From an uncultured Clostridia bacterium (GTDB taxonomy: Bacteria; Bacillota; Clostridia; TANB77; CAG-508): 64,000 nucleotides of DNA. Below the pieces are notes generated by a model, which searched no databases, was not told the DNA's origin, and worked only from the letters and a program-made list of their open reading frames with translations. Made by a program: the position numbers and the translations under genes. The stretch lies in assembly GCA_947581825.1 (NCBI GenBank), contig CANPVP010000009.1, positions 10,366 through 74,365 on the forward strand, in the 5' to 3' direction. Below are positions 28,553-40,617 of this stretch, in pieces (positions within the stretch are counted from its first letter, which is position 1; each line of letters opens with the position of its first letter).

Positions 28553-29458
28553 TTAAAATTTTGGAACATAATTCTCTTCATTATCGTTTGAGTTATACTC
28601 TTGTATGTATCCATTTTCTATTTCTAATATTTCTAAGAACTTTTCTATTTCTTTATATTCTTTTCTTGTTATTTTTCTATTAATCAATAAATCTTCCTTT
28701 GCCAAATAGGTTGGAAAATATTGTGACATTATACTAACATATATATCATCTGGCATATTGTTTTTTATCCATTTTAATACATTTTTCGTATTTAAGATAT
28801 GATTTGGTAATATTAGGTGCCTTATTATTACACCTTTCTTTATCATTCCATTATCATCTAATTCTACATTTCCAACTTGGTTATACATTTCCTTTATAGC
28901 TTCTGTTGCAAACTCAAAATAATTATTTACATTTGAATATTTTTTAGCAATCTCGTTATTAGAATATTTTAAATCTGGTAAGTATACATTTATGTAGCCT
29001 TTTAAAGATTTTATAGTTTCTACATTTTCATATCCATTTGAATTATATATTATTGGAATATTTAAACCTTTTTGTTTTGCTATATCTATTGCTAGTTTTA
29101 TTTGTTCTACATATATTGTTGGTGTAACTAAATTTATATTATGAACTTTATTTTCTTGCTGTTCTATAAAAATTTCTGCCAATCTTTCGATAGAAATTTC
29201 TTTTCCTTTTCCTTTTTGACTTATTTCATAATTTTGACAAAATTTGCAGTTCATATTACAGTTTGAAAAAAAGATTGTACCAGAGCCATGTTCTCCACTT
29301 ATACATGGCTCTTCGTACATATGAGAACTAACTAATGCAATTTTAATATTTGAATTGCTTTTACATCTTCCCAACTGATTATTATTTCTGTTAACCCTAC
29401 ATCTATGTGGACATACAGTACAATATTCCAATTGTTTTATTTTTCTAAGGCTGTCCAT
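28553..29458 (-). CDS. Radical SAM protein (PflX-like, pyruvate formate-lyase activase homologue)
   Basis: 301 aa. N-terminal Cys cluster CTVCPHRC...C and the radical SAM motif CNMNCKFCQN. Confidence 0.8.
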   Translation of the reverse strand: MDSLRKIKQLEYCTVCPHRCRVNRNNNQLGRCKSNSNIKIALVSSHMYEEPCISGEHGSGTIFFSNCNMNCKFCQNYEISQKGKGKEISIERLAEIFIEQQENKVHNINLVTPTIYVEQIKLAIDIAKQKGLNIPIIYNSNGYENVETIKSLKGYINVYLPDLKYSNNEIAKKYSNVNNYFEFATEAIKEMYNQVGNVELDDNGMIKKGVIIRHLILPNHILNTKNVLKWIKNNMPDDIYVSIMSQYFPTYLAKEDLLINRKITRKEYKEIEKFLEILEIENGYIQEYNSNDNEENYVPKF

Positions 29459-29459
29459 A

Positions 29460-30266
29460 TTACTTCCTATCTTTCTTCTTAGAGTTTATTTTATTTTTGA
29501 ATTCTGCTTTAATTTCTTTCATCTTTTCTTCATCTTTTTTAAGAGTTTTCTTCATTGCTAAAATTATAAAAAATACTGCTGTTACAAACAAAATATACTG
29601 TATTTGAATGTTTACAAAATAAATAGTTCCATATGCCAATATAAGAGTTACCATTTGCACCAATTCTATCGAAACTATTGAGCATACTAAAGCTATAATA
29701 TACATAACCAATCCTTCTTTTATATTAGTTGGTTCTTTTACAGAAAACATAAATATAATTATACCAACAACCATTCCGTAAATTGCTGAAGCACATAGTG
29801 TTTCAATTTGTACTTCGCCTCTTGTCATTGTCATTGAATAAAATACTACTCCCATTGGATAGTCTTTTGCCAATTCGTACATATTTTCATATTTTTTTTC
29901 TTCTTCTTTCTTTTCTTCATCTTTATCTTCATCAGATTGCTTGTCACTATTTTTCTTCGTTGTATTTTTACTTTCATCAGTCTGCTTGTTATTATTTTCT
30001 GTACTATTATTTTCTTTTTCATCTGTTTTTTTATCTTCTGTTGCTTCACTATTATTATTATTTGAAGCTTCTTCATCTGCTTGCAAAGTCTTTTTAAAAT
30101 CTTCTTCTACTTTTTTTGAATATGCTACTACATCTGTTTCAGAACCATGTTTTATAAAATCAACTGTCATTCTAACATTTTCTACATTATTTAAATTACT
30201 TATCAAAAAATACGTAACGCATGTTGACAATATAACATATAATAATAATCTTCCAATTTTTTTCAT
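29460..30266 (-). CDS. Membrane protein with low-complexity acidic/Lys/Asn-rich extracytoplasmic linker
   Basis: 268 aa. N-terminal TM, ~70 aa of E/D/K/N-rich sequence, then 4 TMs. Overlapping ORFs in other frames are low-complexity artefacts. Confidence 0.6.
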   Translation of the reverse strand: MKKIGRLLLYVILSTCVTYFLISNLNNVENVRMTVDFIKHGSETDVVAYSKKVEEDFKKTLQADEEASNNNNSEATEDKKTDEKENNSTENNNKQTDESKNTTKKNSDKQSDEDKDEEKKEEEKKYENMYELAKDYPMGVVFYSMTMTRGEVQIETLCASAIYGMVVGIIIFMFSVKEPTNIKEGLVMYIIALVCSIVSIELVQMVTLILAYGTIYFVNIQIQYILFVTAVFFIILAMKKTLKKDEEKMKEIKAEFKNKINSKKKDRK

Positions 30267-30268
30267 TT

Positions 30269-30514
30269 TTATTCCTCCATAACTCTTACTTTATATTCTA
30301 CTTCTTCCATAAATGGATATATTTCATGTAATCTTTTTCTTGTTATCATTGATATTTTGGGTTGTGGGTTTTTATCATTTTTAGATATTAGCTTTTGTGT
30401 ATAGCAGTTATCTGATGTTTTAAAGACTAAATACCTATTTCTAACATAAGTAAAATATACCTGAAATCCATTTTCTAATTCTTTTTCAAATTGTTCAAAA
30501 GTTTTATCTTGCAT
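30269..30514 (-). CDS. Hypothetical 81-aa protein
   Basis: ORF tightly packed between ligA and the downstream gene (16-nt and 2-nt gaps). No recognisable motif. Confidence 0.5.
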   Translation of the reverse strand: MQDKTFEQFEKELENGFQVYFTYVRNRYLVFKTSDNCYTQKLISKNDKNPQPKISMITRKRLHEIYPFMEEVEYKVRVMEE

Positions 30515-30530
30515 GATTAGCTCCTTATAT

Positions 30531-32558
<2,028 letters not shown>

Positions 32559-33161
32559 CTAACTTTTAAATAAGTCTTTTCCTTTACTCAAATAATCCCA
32601 ACCTGAAAAAACTGTTGCAATTACTGAAATTGTTAATAAAACCGTAGTTATTATATTTATTATTAATTCTATTCCTGTTAAATTAGTATTTACAAAATTA
32701 GCAAATATATTTGTTCCATTTATATTAATTAAAGCAAATATTATAGCCAACATTTGTGTAACGGTTTTTAACTTTCCCCATATTGATGCTGCTACTACTT
32801 TTCCGCCTTTTTCTACTGCAACTAGTCTATAACCTGATACTATAAACTCTCTCGCCAATACTATTATTGGAATCCAAGCTGGAATCATGCCTTTCTCAAC
32901 AAGAATAAGCATAGTACTTAGTACTAATATTTTATCTGCTAAAGGATCTAAAAACTTTCCAAATGTTGTTATTTGATTTCTACTTCTTGCTATATAACCA
33001 TCTAATTTATCTGTTATGGAAGCAATTATAAAAATTAAATTCATTATCCAAAAAGTTATTCCAATTCCAAGCCATGTACCTTGTATATTTATTAATGAAA
33101 CTACAACTATTATTGGTACTAGTATCATTCTAAATACTGTTAATTTATTCGCTAAATTCAT
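32559..33161 (-). CDS. pgsA: CDP-diacylglycerol--glycerol-3-phosphate 3-phosphatidyltransferase
   Basis: DKLDGYIARSRNQITTFGKFLDPLADK (CDP-alcohol transferase motif). Start MNLANKLT at 33161 with RBS GGAGG. Confidence 0.9.
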   Translation of the reverse strand: MNLANKLTVFRMILVPIIVVVSLINIQGTWLGIGITFWIMNLIFIIASITDKLDGYIARSRNQITTFGKFLDPLADKILVLSTMLILVEKGMIPAWIPIIVLAREFIVSGYRLVAVEKGGKVVAASIWGKLKTVTQMLAIIFALININGTNIFANFVNTNLTGIELIINIITTVLLTISVIATVFSGWDYLSKGKDLFKS

Positions 33162-33218
33162 TTTTCCTCCTTTGCATAAATATATTTGTATCATTATATA
33201 CAAAAACGAAAAAAAAAT

Positions 33219-33250
33219 AAATAGCAAAAATGCTATTTATTTAGAAAATT
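33219..33250 (-). terminator. Intrinsic terminator downstream of nifU
   Basis: AAATAAATAGCA-nnn-TGCTATTTATTT stem followed on the minus strand by a T run. Confidence 0.6.
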
Positions 33251-33307
33251 GTTACACGATTTATTTCATTTTTCTATTTATAACTTTTATTAATAATCGT
33301 TTCTATT

Positions 33308-33751
33308 TTAATACTCTTTACTATAAGCATGACTGCATCCTTCACATACTTTTATGTCTTTGATTTCTAAATCTGATGTATCTTTTCCTTGTTTTTTATA
33401 GTAATCTATTATTGCTGTTTTCACAGCTTCTTCTGCCAATATTGAACAATGCATTTTTACTGGTGGAAGTCCATCTAAAGCTTCTGCCACTGCCTCGTTT
33501 GTTAACTTTAAAGCTTCTTCGATTTTTTTCCCTTTAATCAATTCTGTTGCCATACTACTTGTTGCAATTGCTGCTCCACATCCAAAAGTTTTAAATTTAA
33601 CATCCACAATTACATCATTTTCTATTTTTAAATATATTTTCATTATATCTCCACAAACTGGACTTCCCACTTGTCCTATGCCGTCTGCATTTTCTATTTC
33701 ACCCACATTTCTTGGATTTTGAAAATGATTTATAACTTTTTCTGAATACAT
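33308..33751 (-). CDS. nifU: Fe-S cluster scaffold protein (NifU/IscU N-terminal type)
   Basis: MYSEKVINHFQNPRNVG, GSPVCGD, FGCGAAIA, MHCS motifs. Start at 33751 with RBS AAGGAGA. Confidence 0.9.
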   Translation of the reverse strand: MYSEKVINHFQNPRNVGEIENADGIGQVGSPVCGDIMKIYLKIENDVIVDVKFKTFGCGAAIATSSMATELIKGKKIEEALKLTNEAVAEALDGLPPVKMHCSILAEEAVKTAIIDYYKKQGKDTSDLEIKDIKVCEGCSHAYSKEY

Positions 33752-33764
33752 GCCTTTTCTCCTT

Positions 33765-34946
33765 TTATCCATTATTTTTAACAAAATCTTCATATAAAGG
33801 TGACATATTACGCAATTTCTCTACTATACCTACTAATATATTTACTAAAAATTCTACATCTTCTTCTGTATTCTCTTCCCCAAAAGTAATTCTTAATGAT
33901 CCATGAGCCATATCATGAGGAAGTCCTATTGCTAAAAGTACATGTGAAGGATCTAAAGAACCTGAAGTACATGCTGAACCACTTGATGCACAAATTCCGT
34001 TCATGTCTAGATTTAACAATAATGATTCTCCTTCTACAAATCTAAATGATATGTTTGCATTTCCTGGTAATCTTTTTTCTCTATCTCCATTTAATTTTAC
34101 ATATGGAATTTTCTTTTCAATTTGTTCTATATATAAATCTCTTAATTTTGTTAGTTTAGCATTGTATTCATCTATATTTTCATATGCTAGTTCTATTGCT
34201 TTTCCTAGTCCAACTATTCCAGGCACATTCTCTGTACCTGCTCTTTTATCTCTTTCTTGATGTCCTCCATCCTGTATTTTGTTGAATTTAACATTTTTGC
34301 TTACATATAAAGCTCCAACACCTTTTGGTCCATAGAATTTATGGGCAGATAGTGATAATAAATCTATTCCTAATTCTTTAACATTTATTTTTACATTTCC
34401 AACTGCTTGAACTGCATCTGTATGGAAATATATTCCATTCTCTTTTGCGATTTTTCCTATCTCTGTAATTGGCTGTATTGTTCCTATTTCATTATTAGCA
34501 AACATTATACTTATTAGTATTGTTTTATCTGTAATTGAATTTTTAAGTTCTTCTAAATTTATTTTTCCATTCTCATCAACGCCTAAATAAGTGACTGCAA
34601 AGCCTTCTTTTTCCAATGTTTTACAAGTATTTAAAACTGCTGGATGCTCAATCTTTGTAGTTATAATATGATCACCTTTTTCTCTATTCGCATATACTAC
34701 GCCCTTAATAGCTAGATTATCACTTTCACTACCACATCCAGTAAAATATATTTCTTTGCTATCTGCTCCTAAAGCTCTTGCTACTTTTTCTCTTGCATCT
34801 TCTATTGCTTTCTTATTTTTTCTTCCTAAACTATATATTGATGATGCGTTTCCATAACTTTCTGTAAAATATGGTATCATCTCTTTTACAACTTCTTCTT
34901 TTACAGCGGTTGTTGCAGCATAATCAAAATATCTTATCTTTGCCAA
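33765..34946 (-). CDS. nifS: Cysteine desulfurase (NifS/IscS class)
   Basis: 393 aa. SAHKFYGPKGVG (PLP Lys) and SSGSACTSG (active-site Cys). Confidence 0.95.
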   Translation of the reverse strand: MAKIRYFDYAATTAVKEEVVKEMIPYFTESYGNASSIYSLGRKNKKAIEDAREKVARALGADSKEIYFTGCGSESDNLAIKGVVYANREKGDHIITTKIEHPAVLNTCKTLEKEGFAVTYLGVDENGKINLEELKNSITDKTILISIMFANNEIGTIQPITEIGKIAKENGIYFHTDAVQAVGNVKINVKELGIDLLSLSAHKFYGPKGVGALYVSKNVKFNKIQDGGHQERDKRAGTENVPGIVGLGKAIELAYENIDEYNAKLTKLRDLYIEQIEKKIPYVKLNGDREKRLPGNANISFRFVEGESLLLNLDMNGICASSGSACTSGSLDPSHVLLAIGLPHDMAHGSLRITFGEENTEEDVEFLVNILVGIVEKLRNMSPLYEDFVKNNG

Positions 34947-35039
34947 TTTATATTATCTCCTTTCTAATTTTCTTTGTATTACTACTATTATATGCCATAA
35001 ATATAAATTTAGCCCCTGAAAATTTCTGCTATATAAAAC

Positions 35040-35065
35040 GGGCGAGCATTGCTCACCCTTGTACA
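35040..35065 (-). terminator. ileS terminator that is also a variant member of the GC-rich hairpin family
   Basis: The minus strand reads TGTACAAGGGTGAGC-AAT-GCTCGCCC then GTTTTATAT. It lies 42 nt downstream of the ileS stop. Confidence 0.65.
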
Positions 35066-35106
35066 GATTAATTCAAAATATTATTAATTCAAAAATAATT
35101 TATCTA

Positions 35107-37884
35107 CTATTTTAAAGCTTCGCTACATCTCTTACAAATTGTAGGATTTTCTTTATCTTCTCCTACAGTTTCTGAGTACATCCAACATCTTTCGCATTTT
35201 TCTCCCGGTGCTTGTTCAACTTTTACTCCTATCTCTACTTCTTCATCATCGTTTCTTCTATTTCCACTTACTTCAACAGCAGATACAATGAATATTTGTT
35301 TCAACAATTCTTCTTTATCCTTTAGGAATTCATAGTCTGGTTCTTCTACATATATTGTTACTTTTGCATTTAGTGAATGTCCTATTATTTTTTTATTTCT
35401 TGCTATTTCTAATTCTTTTGCCACTTCATTTTTTATTTTTATTAATTTTTCCCATTTTATTTCTAATTCATGATTATCATACTCTGGATTTTCCTTTGGA
35501 TAGTATGAAAGCATAACACTATCTAATTTTTCTCCATCTGGATGTGGCATATATTGCCAAATTTCATCTGCAGTATACACTGTCATCGGAGCTAAAATTC
35601 TAACTAAAGTTTGCAATATTTTATACATTGTTGTTTGTGCAGAACGTCTTTTTATATCATCTGGTTTTGATGTATATAGTCTATCTTTTATTATATCTAG
35701 ATAAAAATTACTCATTTCTACAACGCAGAAATTATTTATTGCTTTATATGCCTTATTAAATTCATATCCATCAAATGCTTTTGTACATTCTTTAACTAAT
35801 TTATTTAATTTTAATAAAGCCCATTTATCAATTTCTTCTAATTCTTTGTATTCTACTAGCTTATTTACATCTAAGTCATATATATTTCCTAATATATATC
35901 TTGCAGTATTTCTTATCTTTCTATATACTTCCATAACTTGTTTGAAAATTCCCTTTGAAACATGGACGTCTGATGTATAATCTGATGATAAAACCCATAA
36001 TCTTACTATATCTGCTCCAGATTCATTTACAACTTCCATAGGATCTATTCCATTTCCTAAAGACTTAGACATTTTTCTGCCTTGTTCATCAACAGTATAT
36101 CCATGAGTTACAACCTCTTTATATGGTGCTATACCTTTTGTTGCAACAGAAGTTAACATAGATGATTGGAACCAACCTCTATATTGATCGCTTCCCTCTA
36201 AATAAAGATTTGCTGGTGGTAATCCTCTTTCGGCTAAAACAGATTCATGAGTTGAGCCTGAATCAAACCATACATCCATTATATCTGTTTCTTTTTTGAA
36301 TTTTGTACAACCACAACTACATTTTGCACCTTCTGGTAGTAATTCTTCAGCTGGTAAATCAAACCATGCATTGCTTCCTTTTTCTTTAACTATTGCTTGT
36401 ACTTTTTCAAAGCTTTCTGGTGTAGCATATTCTTTTTCACAATTTTCACAATAGAATATTGGAATTGGAACTCCCCAAGTACGTTGTCTTGAAATACACC
36501 AATCATTTCTTTCTTCTACCATTTTAGTTATTCTTTCTTCTCCCCAAGCAGGATACCATTTAACTGTTTTTATAGCTTCTAATGTTGGTTTTCTAAATCC
36601 GTCAACAGATGCAAACCATTGATTTGTTGCTCTAAATATTATTGGCTTTTTACATCTCCAGCAATGTGGATAAGAGTGTACTATTTCTTCTTTTTGAAGT
36701 AATAGTCCGTTTTCTTCTAGCCATTCTACTATTGCTTTATTAGATTTTGCATAATACATTCCTGTAAATGGCCCAGCACCTTCTGTTTGTACTCCTTTGC
36801 TATTAACTGTTACTACTATTTCTAAATTATTCTTTAATCCACACAAATAGTCTTCTTTACCATATCCAGGTGCAGTATGAACAGCTCCTGTACCTGTATC
36901 TAATTCAACAGGAAGTGTATCATCACTACCTAAAACTACTCTTGATATTCTATCTAAGAAAGGATGTTTACACAAAACTCCTTCTAATTCTTTTCCTTCA
37001 AATTCTTGTAATTTTTTATACTCTGTAATTTCTGCTTGATTCATTACTTTTTCAACTAATTCAGAAGCTAATATTAATTTTCCTTTATTTGTTTCTACTA
37101 TAGAATATTTATAATCAGAACCTATTGTTATTCCCATATTTCCTGGTAAAGTCCATGGTGTTGTTGTCCATATTACAAAATAAGTATTTTCTACATCAAA
37201 CAAACCTTTACTATCTGATACTGGGAATTTAACAAAAGCTGATAAAGATTTATGGTCTGCATATTCTATTTCGGCTTCTGCTAAAGCAGTTTCACAATCT
37301 GTACACCAATAAACTGGTTTCAAGCCTTTATATATATATCCTTTTTTATACATATCAGCAAAAACTCCAATTTGTTTTGCTTCCATTTCAGATTGATATG
37401 TTATATATGGATTTTTCCAATCTCCTAAAACTCCTAAACGCTTAAATCCATTTATTTGTAGCTGCATATATTTCTTATTAAACTCTTTACATGTATCTCT
37501 AAATTGTGATACAGACATTTCTTCTCTATTTAACCCTAATTTTTCAATTGCTTTTTTTTCTGTTGGCATACCATGCGTATCAAATCCTGGGATAAAAGGA
37601 GTATAAAATCCTTGTAAATTTTTATAACGAACAACTGCATCTTTTAAAACTTTATTTAATGAGTGTCCTATATGAATCTCTCCATTTGCATATGGAGGTC
37701 CATCGTGAAGTACAAATGGTTCTTTCCCCTTATTTTTTTCTAACATTTTTTCATATAAATCATTTTCGAAAACCTTTTCCAAAATCTTTGGTTCATTTTC
37801 TGGTAAATTTCCTCTCATAGGGAAATCAGTTTGTGGTAAATTCAAAGTTTTTCCATAATCTTTTTTTTCACAATTATCACACAT
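35107..37884 (-). CDS. ileS: Isoleucine--tRNA ligase
   Basis: 925 aa. HIGH (GEIHIGHSLNK), KMSKS, an editing domain and C-terminal Cys4 clusters. Confidence 0.97.
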   Translation of the reverse strand: MCDNCEKKDYGKTLNLPQTDFPMRGNLPENEPKILEKVFENDLYEKMLEKNKGKEPFVLHDGPPYANGEIHIGHSLNKVLKDAVVRYKNLQGFYTPFIPGFDTHGMPTEKKAIEKLGLNREEMSVSQFRDTCKEFNKKYMQLQINGFKRLGVLGDWKNPYITYQSEMEAKQIGVFADMYKKGYIYKGLKPVYWCTDCETALAEAEIEYADHKSLSAFVKFPVSDSKGLFDVENTYFVIWTTTPWTLPGNMGITIGSDYKYSIVETNKGKLILASELVEKVMNQAEITEYKKLQEFEGKELEGVLCKHPFLDRISRVVLGSDDTLPVELDTGTGAVHTAPGYGKEDYLCGLKNNLEIVVTVNSKGVQTEGAGPFTGMYYAKSNKAIVEWLEENGLLLQKEEIVHSYPHCWRCKKPIIFRATNQWFASVDGFRKPTLEAIKTVKWYPAWGEERITKMVEERNDWCISRQRTWGVPIPIFYCENCEKEYATPESFEKVQAIVKEKGSNAWFDLPAEELLPEGAKCSCGCTKFKKETDIMDVWFDSGSTHESVLAERGLPPANLYLEGSDQYRGWFQSSMLTSVATKGIAPYKEVVTHGYTVDEQGRKMSKSLGNGIDPMEVVNESGADIVRLWVLSSDYTSDVHVSKGIFKQVMEVYRKIRNTARYILGNIYDLDVNKLVEYKELEEIDKWALLKLNKLVKECTKAFDGYEFNKAYKAINNFCVVEMSNFYLDIIKDRLYTSKPDDIKRRSAQTTMYKILQTLVRILAPMTVYTADEIWQYMPHPDGEKLDSVMLSYYPKENPEYDNHELEIKWEKLIKIKNEVAKELEIARNKKIIGHSLNAKVTIYVEEPDYEFLKDKEELLKQIFIVSAVEVSGNRRNDDEEVEIGVKVEQAPGEKCERCWMYSETVGEDKENPTICKRCSEALK

Positions 37885-37974
37885 ATTTCATCTCTCCTTT
37901 TTTTATAAAAGCGGATTAACAAATTCCTAATAACAAGTTATTAAAATTTGTGAAATTCGCATAATTATCTTGCA

Positions 37975-38236
37975 CAGTTAAAAAAAATCCATTTCAGTCT
38001 TTTAGGACGAAATGGATTTATATTTCCGCGGTACCACCTAATTTAAAAATAATTTTCTTGCAAATTATTTTTCACTCGAACTCTTTAACGCAGATATACG
38101 TCTTAAACTACTGCATTTTTCATTTAAGCAACCATAAGGTGATAACATATATACTATTCTTACTGGTTCTCAGCAAAATCCAGTTCTCTGTAAAGTATTC
38201 ATATATATATTGTATCCTTATCTTTGTTTTTCATTT
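37975..38236 (-). promoter_or_regulatory. T-box leader (Ile specifier) controlling ileS
   Basis: On the minus strand: AGAGA/GNUGNGA-like stem I elements, a candidate specifier ATC followed by A (plus 38141-38143), an AGTA box, GCGTTA, and the T-box core AGGTGGTACCGCG (plus 38027-38039). The terminator is AATCCATTTC...GAAATGGATT followed by T8. Confidence 0.9.
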
Positions 38237-38242
38237 TTTTAA

Positions 38243-38271
38243 ATTTTAACACTTAATTTTATACTTTTCAA
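38243..38271 (-). promoter_or_regulatory. Sigma-A type promoter of the ileS T-box leader
   Basis: Minus strand TTGAAA - 17 nt - TAAAAT. Confidence 0.6.
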
Positions 38272-38300
38272 GTATAAATAATAAATTTTTATTTCAAGCC

Positions 38301-39629
38301 TTAATTATCTTCTGCTTCCTCTTCAGCTTTTTCTTCTGGCTTTGGATTGTTTTTACAAACTTTTATTAAAAAGATTCTTTGATCTTTATATTTTTCAATT
38401 TTATATGTTGCATTTTCTGTTTCAATTACAGGCTTTTCTTTATCTTTTGGAATTCTTCCTAGTTGATCTATTAAGTATCCTGAGATAGTATCATAATCTC
38501 CTTCTGGAATAGTTATTTTAACTATTTTCTCAAAATCATATATACTCATATTACCATTTATTCTAAAAGTGTTATCATCTAATATTTCGTATTCAATTTC
38601 ATCATCATCATACTCATCAAGGATGTTTCCAACTAGCTCTTCAATTATATCTTCCATTGTTATTATTCCAGCTGTTCCACCATATTCATCTACAACAATT
38701 GCTAATTGAACCTTATTGGTTTGCAATTCTTTAAACACTTGATTAATTGGTTTATTTTTAGATACAAAGTATGCTTTTCTTAACATATCTTTTACTTTTA
38801 TTTTTTTGTTTGAACGAATATATTTAAACAAGTCTTTTACATATAAAACACCTTTTATATTATCTATCGTCTCTTCATAAATAGGAACTCTACTATATTT
38901 GTATTCATCTAACTTATCCAACATTTCTCCTATATCTGAATTAATTTCCATTCCAAATACTTCTGTTCTATGTTTCATAACTTCTGAAGCAACTTTGTCA
39001 TTAAATTCAAATACATTGTTTATCATTTCTTTTTCTTGTTCTTCTATTGTTCCATCTTCTTCTCCTGCATCTACCATATCTCTAATATCTTCTTCTGTTA
39101 CAATTTCTTCCTCATTTTCTGATACACCAAATAACTTAGATATAGTATTTGTTGAAAATGTTAAAAATTTTACAAATGGACTAGCTATTACAGCTAAAAC
39201 TCTAATGAAGCCTACTGCTGCTCCAGCAACTTTGCTTGAGTATTTCATCGCTAATCTCTTTGGTACTAATTCTCCAAATACCAATGAAAAGTAAGATAAT
39301 ATTAATGTTACTATAATTATTGATACTGGATTCCAAAAAGATATTCCTAGAGGAAATAGTTTATCTAATACTGGTGCTAATTTTGATGCAAAAGCATCTG
39401 ATGCAAAAGCACTTGATAAAAATCCTGCAAGTGTTATTCCTATTTGTATTGTTGCCAAAAAACTACTTGGATCTTGCAACATTTTTTTTATTTGCTTTGC
39501 CTTTTTATCTCCTTCATTAGCCTGTTTTGATATTTTTGCATCATTTATAGATATAAATGCGATCTCTGTTGCAGCAAAAAAAGCATTTATTCCAATTAAT
39601 ACAACTAAAACTGCGAGTTGTCCTATCAT
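38301..39629 (-). CDS. CNNM/TlyC-family protein (DUF21 - CBS pair - CorC_HlyC)
   Basis: 442 aa. 4 N-terminal TMs, CBS-pair region and a C-terminal transporter-associated domain. Confidence 0.85.
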   Translation of the reverse strand: MIGQLAVLVVLIGINAFFAATEIAFISINDAKISKQANEGDKKAKQIKKMLQDPSSFLATIQIGITLAGFLSSAFASDAFASKLAPVLDKLFPLGISFWNPVSIIIVTLILSYFSLVFGELVPKRLAMKYSSKVAGAAVGFIRVLAVIASPFVKFLTFSTNTISKLFGVSENEEEIVTEEDIRDMVDAGEEDGTIEEQEKEMINNVFEFNDKVASEVMKHRTEVFGMEINSDIGEMLDKLDEYKYSRVPIYEETIDNIKGVLYVKDLFKYIRSNKKIKVKDMLRKAYFVSKNKPINQVFKELQTNKVQLAIVVDEYGGTAGIITMEDIIEELVGNILDEYDDDEIEYEILDDNTFRINGNMSIYDFEKIVKITIPEGDYDTISGYLIDQLGRIPKDKEKPVIETENATYKIEKYKDQRIFLIKVCKNNPKPEEKAEEEAEDN

Positions 39630-39816
39630 CTTTTTATTAATTCATTCCTTATATAAATATTTAGGTTTTTTTAGGTTTTACCTATAAACCTTTTAATCGT
39701 AAAACATTATATCATTAAGTAATTTATTAATCAATGTATTTTTTTTATATTTTATATGTTATTAAATTGCTTTTATAAATAACACTTTCTATTTATTTAA
39801 CTATATAATTTTTATA

Positions 39817-40617
39817 TTAACTTCTTAGTGCAATATTGTTGCCTGATTCATATTTTTTCATTGCAAATTTGAACATTAAATTTGCAACAACAGCAAAAAA
39901 TATAGTAGCAATTATTACTATCACTAAATATTTAAAATTGAAATTAAACAATATTTTTATTGGCATATGTACCATGTATCCTGCTGGTATTACAGTATAC
40001 ATTAAAAATTTTGTTACCTTGCCAAAAATCTGCTCTGGATATGTCATAAAAGTTATTAATAAGCTATTTTCATAAACATGTGCCACATTTTCTACATCGC
40101 CTACCCATATTGCTAATAATCTAATTATTGTTGTTGCACTGCAAAATATTATCATTCCCATAATAGCAAAAAATACTATTGATAAAAAATCTAATATTGT
40201 ATCGCTTACATATATTCCAAGAACAATTCCATACAACATATCACCTGCTGCAGCAAATGAACATTTAGATGTTGCAACTGCCAACAAAGTATTCTGTGGT
40301 TGGATTATGTATGTATCTAATTCCCCTGATATAATGTATTTATTTAATTTACTAATACCATTAAAGAAAAAATCTGCAAGTCCAACTGCTAGAGTTGGTA
40401 TAGACCAAATATATAATATTTGCTTCATATCTATTCCTGATGTATTTTCTTCTCCTACACCTATCACCACTAACCAAAAGATCAGAAAAAATCCATTATT
40501 TACAAACATAAATATTGTTTGCATAATAAAACTCTTTTTGTACTCAAATGCTGATTTTATATTATATTTAGTGCTTATTAATAAAAATTTAATTAATTTT
40601 TTAACCTCCATTAACAT
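39817..40617 (-). CDS. ABC-2 family permease (second permease of the operon)
   Basis: Polytopic membrane protein. The likely start, MLMEVKK (40617) or MEVKK (40611), overlaps the stop of the upstream permease. Confidence 0.7.
   Translation of the reverse strand: MLMEVKKLIKFLLISTKYNIKSAFEYKKSFIMQTIFMFVNNGFFLIFWLVVIGVGEENTSGIDMKQILYIWSIPTLAVGLADFFFNGISKLNKYIISGELDTYIIQPQNTLLAVATSKCSFAAAGDMLYGIVLGIYVSDTILDFLSIVFFAIMGMIIFCSATTIIRLLAIWVGDVENVAHVYENSLLITFMTYPEQIFGKVTKFLMYTVIPAGYMVHMPIKILFNFNFKYLVIVIIATIFFAVVANLMFKFAMKKYESGNNIALRS

Noticed and set aside
29783-30282. Cluster of overlapping ORFs in three other frames (29783-30097 +, 29846-30076 -, 29941-30282 +)
   Set aside because: They are artefacts of the A/G-rich low-complexity segment encoding the acidic/Lys/Asn linker of the 29460-30266 membrane protein.
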